NCBI GenBank assembly: GCA_037446635.1
Contig: JBBIIG010000008.1
Coordinates: 1,219-53,083, forward strand
DNA length: 51,865 bases
Direction: 5' to 3'
Origin: a bacterium
GTDB taxonomy: Bacteria; Zhuqueibacterota; Zhuqueibacteria; Oceanimicrobiales; Oceanimicrobiaceae
The translations under genes were made by a program, and so were the position numbers. The notes beneath the pieces are model-generated. The model saw nothing but the letters and a program-made list of their open reading frames with translations, made no database searches and was not told where the DNA came from. This document shows positions 29,989 to 43,232 of this stretch, piece after piece. Position 1 is the first letter of the stretch; every line of letters begins with the position of its first letter.

Positions 29989-31416
29989 TCAGAGCGGCCA
30001 TTTGCCGGGATTCATAATGCCGTTTGGATCTAACAGCGCCCGCACCCGCGCCATCAGCTCAAGGAAGCCGGGATCGATTTTATCGCGGTGGCGTTGAATT
30101 ACCCAGGCGGGAGTTTTGTACGGAAAAAATCCTAACCCCATCACCAAATCACAAAGCGCCTCGTTCAGTTCTTTCACTTGCTGCACTCGCGCCGTATCTC
30201 GTTTATCGAAAACCGCCATGAAGCGCAGCACTCCGAAGTGGCCGCCCTGCATGGGCCGGGTGACGACGATGGGCGGAAAGCCGCGCTGTTCCATCAGCCG
30301 CATGCCCTGAGTTACTCCCTCTTGCCATTTTGATGTTGGGCCAAACGTGCCAATCCAGGTGAGGCCGCCCAACTTCAACAAAAAATCCAACTCCACCGGA
30401 AAATCAGCCAGCTTCGCGAACGCGGGTGAAATTTTGACAATTTGATTGACGTCCAGCGGCGGCTCGAGGCGGGCCCCGCGCCGGCGTTCGTCCGCGATGA
30501 GCCGGTCAATGATTTTGGTCTTACCGTCGAACAAATCTTCATATTCGGCGGAAACGTCGATGTATAAAAACTGCTCCGGCTCCTGCGGATCGCGATAAAG
30601 CGGATTGAGATTTCCAAACAACATTTTGCCCACCGGCCAGGAGAGCCCGCCGAGGTCGTCGCAGACCTCGGCCCGCACCAGCAGGTTGATTAAATTATAC
30701 ATCTGCGCGCTATCGTAAGCGAACACAAAAAATCGTTGGCGATAGGGGTGATTGGGCCAAAGCTGCACCGCCATTTTGGTCACAATTCCGGTCGTGCCAA
30801 AGAAGTTGACGAATAGACCGGTCAGGTCGGGCAGTGGCGACTTGCTGCACCAGTTTTTAGAAACTGCGCCCAGGCCGGTGCGCACCAATTGTCCGGTGGG
30901 CAGCACCGCTTCCATACCGTTGATCCAGTGCGCCGTGGTGCCGTGCAGCAGGCTCAAATTGGTGAGGCCGTCCATCAGGCAATTAGCTAAAATGGAGCTT
31001 TGGGGAGGAGAGAGCGAATAGGCGAAGCGCAGCCGCGGATGATGGTGGGCGAGATGATTTTTCATATCCGCCCAGGTTGTGCCCGGCTCGATGACCGCGT
31101 ACATATCGGGCTCGTTGGTTTCGAGGATGCGATTCATCGCGCTGAGGTCCACCACCACGCCGCCCTTTTCCGGGATGGCCAGCCCGCCGATATTGGTGTT
31201 GGCCAACCGCGGCGTGACCGGAATTTTATACTCGTTGGCCAACCGCAAAATCGACTGCACTTCCTCCGTCCTGTGCGGCTTCACCACGAGATCGGGAGGA
31301 TGGCCGGGGATTTCGGTCCAGTCGTCGGCGTAGTGTTGTAAAGCTTGCGGATCAACGATCGCCCGTTCGCCAAAAAGCTCGCTTATTTTTAAAATGCCTT
31401 TTCTGTTTATCGTCAC
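29989..31416 (-). CDS. FAD-binding oxidoreductase (VAO/PCMH/GlcD superfamily)
   Basis: P.LVVKP..TEEVQ.IL, VDLSAMNRI, VLPTGQLV, GT.GIVTK, DPNGIMNPGK. Confidence 0.88.
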   Translation of the reverse strand: MTINRKGILKISELFGERAIVDPQALQHYADDWTEIPGHPPDLVVKPHRTEEVQSILRLANEYKIPVTPRLANTNIGGLAIPEKGGVVVDLSAMNRILETNEPDMYAVIEPGTTWADMKNHLAHHHPRLRFAYSLSPPQSSILANCLMDGLTNLSLLHGTTAHWINGMEAVLPTGQLVRTGLGAVSKNWCSKSPLPDLTGLFVNFFGTTGIVTKMAVQLWPNHPYRQRFFVFAYDSAQMYNLINLLVRAEVCDDLGGLSWPVGKMLFGNLNPLYRDPQEPEQFLYIDVSAEYEDLFDGKTKIIDRLIADERRRGARLEPPLDVNQIVKISPAFAKLADFPVELDFLLKLGGLTWIGTFGPTSKWQEGVTQGMRLMEQRGFPPIVVTRPMQGGHFGVLRFMAVFDKRDTARVQQVKELNEALCDLVMGLGFFPYKTPAWVIQRHRDKIDPGFLELMARVRALLDPNGIMNPGKWPL

Positions 31417-31784
31417 GATAACAACTCGGCCTGAAACAGCTTCACTATTTTAAGCAAGACTCGCAGGTCTCCACCGATCTTAATTTTGCTGTTAAAAATA
31501 TATTTGAGATAGTTGGCGCCCCCCAATGCAATTTCCAACAGGCTGTTCAAATCGCCCTGAATTCTGGCGCTGGCTTTGGGAGCGGGCCCGCAAACAATCT
31601 CAATGCGGGTTGCTTGAAAAACCACCGTGGCCGCCATTTGCCCGGCGACGAAAGCAACCGCGCCGCGAAGCTTGCGCGCCATCTGCTGGCCCTGGGGTGT
31701 AGAAATGCGGCGCTGCAAGAGATCGCGTAGAAAATATCCCAGCAAATTCGCGCGCGCGGGATCAACAACGACGATTTCCATCAT
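31413..31784 (-). CDS. SCP2 sterol/lipid-binding domain protein
   Basis: A.A.I.GD...LL.I..G..N....FNSKIKIGGDL pattern; 4-nt overlap with the oxidoreductase start. Confidence 0.65.
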   Translation of the reverse strand: MMEIVVVDPARANLLGYFLRDLLQRRISTPQGQQMARKLRGAVAFVAGQMAATVVFQATRIEIVCGPAPKASARIQGDLNSLLEIALGGANYLKYIFNSKIKIGGDLRVLLKIVKLFQAELLS

Positions 31785-31884
31785 GCCAATTTTCCGCGAG
31801 CGAAACGCATAATCAAATATAGATTTCTGCGCGCCTTTGTCAAGCCTGCGCTAAAAACAAAATCGCCGGTGACCGTTTTTCTTC

Positions 31885-31912
31885 TTGACAAAAAGAGTCT
31901 TTTTCTTATATT
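31885..31912 (+). promoter_or_regulatory. sigma70 promoter toward dnaA (divergent partner at ~31816-31843)
   Basis: TTGACA-N16-TATATT, with the same motif on the minus strand toward SCP2. Confidence 0.6.
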
Positions 31913-31950
31913 CACTTCGCCCTACCAAGACGGTATTCACCATAACAACT

Positions 31951-32118
31951 TGTGGATAAGTTGGCAAACTTAACAATTATAAAGAAAAAAACTTTCTCGT
32001 TTTGATCGTCTCGTCAGCCAAGTGTGAAATCGTTGATTTTAATCTTTCGAATTCTCTCCAGAAATTGTTTTTTATAGAGGTTAAGCTGGCTAATGGCGTG
32101 TTGAAAAAATGTGGATAA
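31951..32118. promoter_or_regulatory. DnaA boxes upstream of dnaA
   Basis: Perfect TGTGGATAA at 31951-31959 and 32110-32118. Confidence 0.8.
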
Positions 32119-32222
32119 CTTGTTTTAGGTTCTAACACGTTCGGGTTTGGAGGTGGTGGAAACATCCAAACCACTTCTTCTTTCTTCAAATTCAAAACAT
32201 TTAAAAAGTGAGGGTTTGGAAG

Positions 32223-33593
32223 ATGTCTCGCGATCACCACGCAGCGTGGAATGACTGTCTTTCGATAATTCGAGAAAGCATCAATCCCCAAAGTTTTACG
32301 ACCTGGTTTAAACCGTTCAACCCCTTAAACCTCGACCAACAAAATCTCACATTAGAGGTGCCGAGGCAATTGTTTTATGAATGGTTAGAAGGGCACTACA
32401 GTTCGCTTTTGAAAAAAGCGCTGCTGCAGGTGTTGGGGGAGCATGCCGAAGTTACTTATGCCATCGCTGGCAACGGCCACAGCGCGCCGGCGCCGATCTT
32501 GGTGGAGAAAAATCGGGAGCCGATGCGCTTCGCGGAAAAGAACGGCTCGGTTTACCCCAAAAATAGCAATTTGAACGAACGCTATCAGTTTGACAATTTC
32601 GTGGAAGGATCCAATAATCAATTTGCGCGCGCGGCGGCGTATGCGGTGGCACAGTCTCCAGGAGAAACCACCTTCAACCCGCTGGTGATTTACGGCGGAG
32701 TGGGACTCGGCAAAACCCATCTCATTCAAGCCATCGGCAACTACACTTTGATTCAAGGGTTGGCACGGCACGTCATGTATGTCGATAGCGAAAAATTCAC
32801 CATCGAATTTATTAACTCGATTCAGACCAACAAGACCACCGAATTCAGCGCTATCTACCGCACCGCGGATATCCTGCTGGTGGATGATATCCAATTTTTT
32901 ATCAACAAAGAGCGCACGCAGGAAGAATTTTTTCATACTTTCAACGCCTTGTACAATGCCGGTAAGCAAATTGTGTTGTCCTCGGACCGCCCGCCGAAAG
33001 ATTTGCACGGCGTCGAGGAGCGGCTGATTTCGCGTTTTCAATGGGGGTTGGTGGCGGATATCCAGCCGCCGGATCTGGAAACGCGAACCGCAATTCTCCA
33101 GCAAAAAGCCGACGAAAATGATATTGTCGTCCCCAACGAAGTTATCGAATTTATCGCCACCAACGTCACCTCCAATATTCGCGAGTTGGAAGGTTCCCTC
33201 ATCCGGCTGCTGGCCTATTCCTCGCTCAACGGCAAAGATATCACTTTGGAGATTGCAAAAGAAGTGCTCAAAGACCTCAGATTAGGCAAGAAAAAGAAGA
33301 TTATGATCGAGCAAATTCAGCGGTTAGCGAGCGAGCACTATGGCATCCCCGACGACATGCTGCGCGCCAAAACGCGAAAAAAAGAAATCGCACAGGTTCG
33401 GCAAATTGCCATGTATCTCACCAAAGAACTGACCAACTCTTCCCTCAAAACCATTGGCTTGCACTTTGGTGGGCGCGATCACAGCACAGTCATTCACGCC
33501 ATCCAGTCGGTGGAGGAATGGATCAAGACCGATCCCAAAACCCGCGACGAGGTTTTGCAGTTGCGCAAAAAAATAGAAATATCATCATCCTAA
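32223..33593 (+). CDS. dnaA: Chromosomal replication initiator DnaA
   Basis: FNPLVIYGGVGLGKTHL, LLVDDIQF, QEEFFHTFN, GGRDHSTVIHA. ATG 32223 is preferred over GTG 32208. Confidence 0.99.
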   Translation: MSRDHHAAWNDCLSIIRESINPQSFTTWFKPFNPLNLDQQNLTLEVPRQLFYEWLEGHYSSLLKKALLQVLGEHAEVTYAIAGNGHSAPAPILVEKNREPMRFAEKNGSVYPKNSNLNERYQFDNFVEGSNNQFARAAAYAVAQSPGETTFNPLVIYGGVGLGKTHLIQAIGNYTLIQGLARHVMYVDSEKFTIEFINSIQTNKTTEFSAIYRTADILLVDDIQFFINKERTQEEFFHTFNALYNAGKQIVLSSDRPPKDLHGVEERLISRFQWGLVADIQPPDLETRTAILQQKADENDIVVPNEVIEFIATNVTSNIRELEGSLIRLLAYSSLNGKDITLEIAKEVLKDLRLGKKKKIMIEQIQRLASEHYGIPDDMLRAKTRKKEIAQVRQIAMYLTKELTNSSLKTIGLHFGGRDHSTVIHAIQSVEEWIKTDPKTRDEVLQLRKKIEISSS

Positions 33594-33595
33594 AA

Positions 33596-33890
33596 ATTAA
33601 TCCACAACCGTTGTGTGGATAACCACATAAATTTGGTTAATCGAATGTTGATAAATCAAACTCTTTTTTGCGGCCTGAGTGAGGCGGAGCTAAAAAAAGT
33701 TTGTTCTAACAATCTTCCAACAGTCTGTCAACAATCTTAGAACACTAAGCAGGTAGAGAAAGGCCAGTGCAAAAGATTAGGTTTAACGAAGTCCGCGATC
33801 GCAGCTATCAACATATCCACAGGGTCTATATCTATAAAAAATATCTTGAATATTTTTATATAATTTAGTAACTTAATTTCACAAAAATCA
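33596..33890. other. oriC: DnaA-box cluster and AT-rich unwinding element between dnaA and dnaN
   Basis: Boxes TAATCCACA (33598), TGTGGATAA (33614), TGTTGATAA (33646), tandem CTATCAACA/ATATCCACA (33805-33821), then GGGTC and an AT-rich tract at 33826-33880. Confidence 0.88.
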
Positions 33891-33903
33891 TAACGAGGCG
33901 GTC

Positions 33904-35085
33904 ATGAAATTTTCGGTCAATCAAAAGGATTTTTATCAATCCTTGCAAAAAGTGGTTGGTGTGGTTCCGGTTAAGACCACCATCCCGATTTTGAGCAATA
34001 TCCTTTTGGAATTAAGCGGCAATGACCTGACGTTAATGGGAACCGATTTGGAGGTTTCCATTTCAACGAAGTTGAGTGTGACCGGAAGCAGCGATGGTTC
34101 GGTGGCTGTGCCCGCCAAAATGTTATTCGAAATCGTCCGCGAGCTTCCTGAAATTCCCATCGGTTTCACGGTGGATGAGGATAACAAAATTTCACTGGAC
34201 ACCGAAAAAGGGTTTTACAAATTATCCGGAGAGCCAAAAGAGGATTTCCCAAAAATTCAAATCGAGGAAAGCAAAGGCAGCTTTGTGGTTGATGCGGATG
34301 TCTTCAGCGGTATGATCGACAAAACCATCTTTTCAGTATCCACCGACGAGCTGCGGACGACGCTCATGGGTGTGCTTTTGAAAGTTGCCGACAACGAAAT
34401 GCGCATGGTTGCCACCGATGGTCACCGGCTGGTTAAGATCATTCAGAAAAATTTCAATTCCAAAAATTTTCAAAGCGAAGCTATCGTTCCCACCAAAGCG
34501 CTCAATTTGGTTTTGAAAAATTTGCCGGTTCGCCCGCCTGCGCGGGCAGGCCAAAAAACTCAGTCCGGGCAGTCGCCGGCTGGCGGGCAAGAGGCTGGCG
34601 AGATCAAAGTGGATGTCAGCGACGATCACATCGTTTTTAGTTTTGACCAAACCACGATTTACAGCAAAAGCATCGAGGGGCAGTTTCCTAATTACGAGCG
34701 CGTCATCCCGATAGACAACAACAAACGGCTAACCTTGAACCGCGAACTGCTGATCTCCTCGGTGCGCCGAGTGGCGATTTTTTCTAACTCAATCACTCAT
34801 CAAATTAGATTTGGCATCTCAAAAAAGCTTGTAAAAATTCAATCCGAGGATATCGAGTTTGGCGGAGAGGCCATGGAAAGTATCGACGCCGACTATGATG
34901 GCGAGGATCTTGAAATCGGCTACAACGCTAATTATTTATTGGATATTTTGCGCCACCTCGATAGCTCGGAGGTCATTTTTGAACTCAAGGACCCGGTGAG
35001 CGCCGGTATCATTCGCCCAGTAGAACAGCGTGAAAACGAGGATATTCTCATGTTGTTGATGCCGATTCGCTTAAATGAAGATTAG
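33904..35085 (+). CDS. dnaN: DNA polymerase III beta sliding clamp
   Basis: PILSNILL, GTDLEVS, MVATDGHRL, GQFPNYERVIP, LLMPIRL; carries a ~20-aa loop insertion. Confidence 0.98.
   Translation: MKFSVNQKDFYQSLQKVVGVVPVKTTIPILSNILLELSGNDLTLMGTDLEVSISTKLSVTGSSDGSVAVPAKMLFEIVRELPEIPIGFTVDEDNKISLDTEKGFYKLSGEPKEDFPKIQIEESKGSFVVDADVFSGMIDKTIFSVSTDELRTTLMGVLLKVADNEMRMVATDGHRLVKIIQKNFNSKNFQSEAIVPTKALNLVLKNLPVRPPARAGQKTQSGQSPAGGQEAGEIKVDVSDDHIVFSFDQTTIYSKSIEGQFPNYERVIPIDNNKRLTLNRELLISSVRRVAIFSNSITHQIRFGISKKLVKIQSEDIEFGGEAMESIDADYDGEDLEIGYNANYLLDILRHLDSSEVIFELKDPVSAGIIRPVEQRENEDILMLLMPIRLNED
34533..34550 (+). repeat. 18-bp palindromic mini-element in frame within dnaN
   Basis: CCCGCCTGCGCGGGCAGG, encodes PPARAG; same orientation and frame as the LytR_C copy. 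Confidence 0.7.
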
Positions 35086-35088
35086 GAT

Positions 35089-36172
35089 ATGCACCTTGAA
35101 AAGCTTGCGATGGTCAACTTCAGAAATTATGAAAAAGCCGAAGTTCATTTTAAAAGCAAGATCAATCTCATTTTCGGTTTAAACGCCCAAGGCAAAACCA
35201 ATTTTTTGGAAGCGATCTATTTGTTGTGTTTGGGCCGAAGTTTTAGGCAGGCGAAGAATCAGGATCTTTTGCGCATCGGCAGCTCCTACTTCACCATTGA
35301 AGGACGATTGAATTATGATAATGCTCTCGTAAAAGTCGCGGCGCTTCACTACCAACGGGACGGCAAAAAAGAGATCAGCATCGATCGCAAACGCATGCGC
35401 GGCTACAGCGATATTTTTGGCGCGTTTCCAGTTGTGATAATTTCACCCGAAGACTACAAAATTACCACCGGTGGGCCCGCCGAACGCAGACGGTTCATCG
35501 ATATTCTTTTGTCGCAAATCAGCCTCTCCTACCTCACTCATCTGCAGGAGTACCAACGCATTCTCAAACAGCGCAATCGAATTTTACAGGATATGAAAGC
35601 CGGCAAGTTGGTGGCTGATTCGACGATCGCGCCGTGGAACGAAAAGATGATCAGCGTTGGCAGCAAGATCGTCGGCGCGCGCTATGATTTTGTTGAAGAG
35701 TTCGTCCGCTGGCTGAGGCCGATTTACCGAGAGTACAGCGGCGCCCACGAGGAGATCGGGTTGCGGCTGGAGACGCTGGTTTCCAGAGAAAATTCCGAGC
35801 AGAGTTTTGCGGTCGAATTGAACCGGCTCAGCCAACGGGAACGAGCGCTGGGCGTTTCACTGGTGGGGCCGCACCGCGACGATCTCATCATCACCATCAA
35901 CGGGCGGGAGCTACGGACGTTTGGCTCCCGCGGCGAGCATAAAGCGCTGATGATTGCACTCAAGCTGGCGGAGCTGCAATTTCTAAAAAATAAAAAAGAC
36001 GAGACGCCGATTTTTTTGCTGGACGACTGTTTCTCCGAGCTGGACGAAGTCCGTGAAAAAAACGTTTTCTTCTCCTTTCAGGGTTTGGGTCAAATGGTGA
36101 TCACCAGCCCGCGGCAAAAGGATTTTTTCGGCGAGGCTGACGCCGGCGAGGTTTCAAGATTTGTGGTGGAAA

Positions 36173-36195
<23 letters not shown>
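35089..36195 (+). CDS. recF: DNA replication and repair protein RecF
   Basis: NFRNY, GLNAQGKTNFLEAI, GPAERRRFID, GPHRDDL, LLDD.FSELD. Confidence 0.97.
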
Positions 36196-38652
<2,457 letters not shown>

Positions 38653-38656
38653 GCGT

Positions 38657-38683
38657 TAGGGGTGTATGGCCATACGCCCCTAC
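38657..38683. repeat. GTAG-type REP palindrome between gyrB and gyrA
   Basis: TAGGGGTGTATGGCCATACGCCCCTAC; the reverse strand begins GTAGGGGCG. Confidence 0.75.
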
Positions 38684-38716
38684 GATGCAATCAATAACAG
38701 GAGTAAAATTTAGAGT

Positions 38717-41155
38717 ATGGATCTCCAACGCGACCGGGTCATCCCGGTGTTCATTGAATCGGAAATGAAAAATTCCTACATCGATTATTCGATGTCGGTG
38801 ATTGTAGCGCGCGCCTTGCCAGATGTGCGCGACGGCCTGAAACCGGTGCACCGCCGCGTGCTCTACGGCATGCACGAACTGGGTTTGCGCGCCAATTCGC
38901 CATACAAAAAAAGCGCGCGCATCGTTGGCGAAGTGTTGGGAAAATATCATCCGCACGGCGACGCCGCGGTGTATGATTCTATGGTAAGAATGGTGCAGGA
39001 TTTTTCATTGCGCTATCCGCTGGTCGATGGCCAGGGCAACTTCGGTTCGGTGGACGGCGATTCGCCGGCGGCCATGCGCTACACCGAGGCCCGCATGTCG
39101 CGCATCGCCGAAGAGATTCTGCGCGATCTCGAAAAGGACACCGTGGATTTTGTCCCCAACTTCGACGAGTCGCTCACCGAGCCCACGGTGCTTCCTTCTG
39201 TGTTGCCCAACTTGCTGGTGAATGGCGCCTCGGGAATTGCTGTGGGCATGGCCACCAACATTCCGCCGCACAATTTGGGCGAGGTGGTGGATGCGCTGGT
39301 GGCGCTCATCTCTCGCCCCAACCTCTCTGTGGAATCGTTGATGCAGCACATTAAAGGCCCGGACTTCCCCACTGCGGGCATCATCTACGGCGACACCGGC
39401 ATCGATGAAGCCTATCGCACCGGCCGCGGCCGCATCGTCATCCGCGCGCGCGCCAACCTCGAAACCGTGAAAGGCGGCCGCGAGAACATCGTCATCACCG
39501 AACTGCCGTATCAAGTCAACAAACTGAACCTGATCGAAAAAATCGCCGAGCTGGTGAAGGACAAGAAGATCGAGGGTATTGCCGCAGTCAACGACGAATC
39601 CGACCGCGACGGCATGAGAGTCGTCATCGAACTCAAGCGCGACGTGCCGGCGGAAATCGTTTTGAACAACCTCTACAAGCACACGCAGATGCAGGTAACC
39701 TTCGGCGTCATCATGTTGGCGTTGGTGAACGGCGCGCCAAAGGTGCTCAACCTCAAAGAGTTGCTGGAGCATTTTCTCGAGTTCCGCCACGAGGTGGTGG
39801 TGCGGCGCACCAAGTTCGATCTCGACAAAGCAGAGAAGCGCGCACACATTTTAGAAGGCCTGAAAATCTGCCTCGACAACATCGACGCGATTGTGGAGCT
39901 GATCAAAAAGTCGAAAGATCCGGACGCCGCCCGCGAGGGCTTGATGAAGCGCTTCAAGCTCAGCGAAATTCAGGCGCAGGCGATCCTCGACATGCGTTTG
40001 CAGCGGCTCACCGGCCTTGAGCGCAAGAAAATCGAGCAGGAATATTTAGAAGTTATTAAACTGATCGAGAAGTTGCGCTCGCTTTTGGAAAGCCGGCCCA
40101 AACGCATGCAGCTCATCAAAGAAGAATTACTAGAGTTAAAAGAAAAATACGGCGATGCTCGCCGCACCGAGATCGTTAAAGAAACCGAGGAGTTCACCAT
40201 CGAGGATATGATCGCCGAGGAGGACATGGTGATCACCATCTCCCACGCCGGCTTCATCAAGCGCTATCCGGTTTCGAGCTACCGTCGGCAGAATCGCGGC
40301 GGCCGCGGTTCCACCGGGGCGACAACCAAAGAAGAAGATTTCATCGAGCATCTCTTCATCGCCTCGACGCATCATTATATTTTATTCTTCACCAACAAAG
40401 GGCGCTGCCACTGGCTCAAGGTGCACGAGATTCCGCAGGCCGGGCGCGCCACCAAGGGCCGGGCGATTGTCAATATTCTGCAAATCGAAAAAGACGAACG
40501 CATTGCCGCGTTCGTCAACGTTAAAGATTTCGATCAGAATCTCTACGTGGTGATGGCTTCGAAACTGGGAGTCATTAAAAAGACTGAATTGTCCGCTTTT
40601 AGCAATCCCCGCCGCGGCGGCATCAACGCCATGACCGTCAAGGAGGGTGACGATCTCATCGACGCCCGGCTTACCGACGGCAGCCACGACATTTTGCTCG
40701 GCACCTACCACGGCATGGCCATTCGCTTCCATGAGAGCGAAGTGCGCGACATGGGCCGCACCGCGGCCGGCGTGCGCGGCATCACCCTCGGCGAGGACGA
40801 TTTTGTGATCGGCATGGTGGTCATCAAGCGCGAGGGCACAATTCTCGCCGTCACCGAAAAAGGCTATGGCAAGCGCACTCATATCAAAGAATACCGCGTT
40901 AGCCATCGCGGCGGCAAGGGCATTCTCACCGTGAAGGTCACCGAAAAAACGGGTAACATGGTGGCGCTCAAAGAAGTCATCGACGAAGATGACATCATGA
41001 TTATCACCAGCAACGGTGTGGTCATTCGCCAGAGCGTCGCCAAGCTACGCACCCAGGGCCGTAACACCCAGGGCTTCCGGCTCATCAAACTCGACGACGA
41101 CGACACGGTTGCCGACGTGGCGCGGGTGGTGAAAGAAGAAGACGACGAGGAATAG
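38717..41155 (+). CDS. gyrA: DNA gyrase subunit A
   Basis: [29 protein letters not shown], GyrA box QNRGGRG, acidic tail. Confidence 0.99.
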   Translation: MDLQRDRVIPVFIESEMKNSYIDYSMSVIVARALPDVRDGLKPVHRRVLYGMHELGLRANSPYKKSARIVGEVLGKYHPHGDAAVYDSMVRMVQDFSLRYPLVDGQGNFGSVDGDSPAAMRYTEARMSRIAEEILRDLEKDTVDFVPNFDESLTEPTVLPSVLPNLLVNGASGIAVGMATNIPPHNLGEVVDALVALISRPNLSVESLMQHIKGPDFPTAGIIYGDTGIDEAYRTGRGRIVIRARANLETVKGGRENIVITELPYQVNKLNLIEKIAELVKDKKIEGIAAVNDESDRDGMRVVIELKRDVPAEIVLNNLYKHTQMQVTFGVIMLALVNGAPKVLNLKELLEHFLEFRHEVVVRRTKFDLDKAEKRAHILEGLKICLDNIDAIVELIKKSKDPDAAREGLMKRFKLSEIQAQAILDMRLQRLTGLERKKIEQEYLEVIKLIEKLRSLLESRPKRMQLIKEELLELKEKYGDARRTEIVKETEEFTIEDMIAEEDMVITISHAGFIKRYPVSSYRRQNRGGRGSTGATTKEEDFIEHLFIASTHHYILFFTNKGRCHWLKVHEIPQAGRATKGRAIVNILQIEKDERIAAFVNVKDFDQNLYVVMASKLGVIKKTELSAFSNPRRGGINAMTVKEGDDLIDARLTDGSHDILLGTYHGMAIRFHESEVRDMGRTAAGVRGITLGEDDFVIGMVVIKREGTILAVTEKGYGKRTHIKEYRVSHRGGKGILTVKVTEKTGNMVALKEVIDEDDIMIITSNGVVIRQSVAKLRTQGRNTQGFRLIKLDDDDTVADVARVVKEEDDEE

Positions 41156-41223
41156 CGCAATGTCGCTCAAAGCTCCCGCTTTGAATGAAGACGGTTGAAT
41201 TAGAATAGCTGTAGTTGCTGTAC

Positions 41224-41257
41224 AATGGGGCTATCGGAGGGGTAGCCCCATTTTTTA
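41224..41257 (+). terminator. Intrinsic terminator downstream of gyrA
   Basis: AATGGGGCTATC-loop-GGTAGCCCCATT followed by a T-tract. Confidence 0.75.
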
Positions 41258-41286
41258 TCTATTTTCTCAAGCTAATTTACTACAGA

Positions 41287-41583
41287 GCTGAAGCGCGGCT
41301 TCAGCACTCCAAAATTTTGGATTGCGCGAGCCGTGCTCGGGCTCTGGGCAGCGGATGAATCCAGATCAAAACACCGTCTGAGACGGTGTTTGATCATGCA
41401 AATTTCGGGGTCGCAAGGCTGAAGCGCGGCTTCAGCACTCCAAAATTTTGGAGTGCGCGAGCCGTGCTCGGGCCTTGTGCAGCAGATGAATCCAGATCAA
41501 AACACCGTCTGAGACGGTGTTTGATGATGCAAATTTCGGGGTCGCAAGGCTGAAGCGCGGCTTCAGCACTCCACTCCAAAATT
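41287..41583. repeat. BIME-like tandem array, ~2.3 copies of a 131-bp unit
   Basis: Unit starts at 41287, 41418 and 41549. Each has back-to-back GGAGTG-type REP hairpins and a 32-bp palindrome. Confidence 0.9.
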
Positions 41584-41683
41584 TGAAAATAGGGAGTCGT
41601 CTCGCCGATCAAAAAAACACGGGTTCAAAGCGGGTTGAATCCGGAAATAGTCAAGTTAAACCACCTTAAAGGAGGGAAACCCC

Positions 41684-43102
<1,419 letters not shown>

Positions 43103-43106
43103 ATTA

Positions 43107-43209
43107 TTCCTTCCCCAATTTCGTTCTTTGGAATTTTGGGGAGGCCAGGAGGAGTCGAACCCCCTCCAAACCTTTTCCATTTTCGCTTTTTTTGAAAAGG
43201 GGGAGGAAC
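43107..43209. repeat. Back-to-back pair of C-rich/G-rich REP-like palindromes
   Basis: TTCCTTCCCC...GGGGAGGCCAGGAGGAGTC followed by ACCCCCTCCAAACC...GGGGGAGGAA. Confidence 0.6.
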
Positions 43210-43232
43210 GTTCCTAAAGGAGTTGGAGCGAA

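Noticed and set aside
31977..32291. 104-aa minus-strand ORF as rpmH or a real gene
   Set aside because: No similarity to L34; it overlaps DnaA boxes and the dnaA start.
41287..41583. CRISPR array
   Set aside because: The intervening sequences are near-identical rather than unique spacers, the period is 131 bp, and no cas genes are present.
41175..41634. 11-bp inverted repeat (CCCGCTTTGAA/TTCAAAGCGGG) bracketing the REP array as MITE ends
   Set aside because: Short, no target-site duplication seen, and it encloses the gyrA terminator. Chance cannot be excluded.
43137..43166. tRNA/tmRNA-like 3' end on the minus strand (GGGGG-TTCGACT-CCTCC-TGGCCTC-C-CCA)
   Set aside because: No matching 5' acceptor strand, D arm or anticodon arm upstream, and no integrase nearby. 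It is explained by the junction of two REP-like arms.
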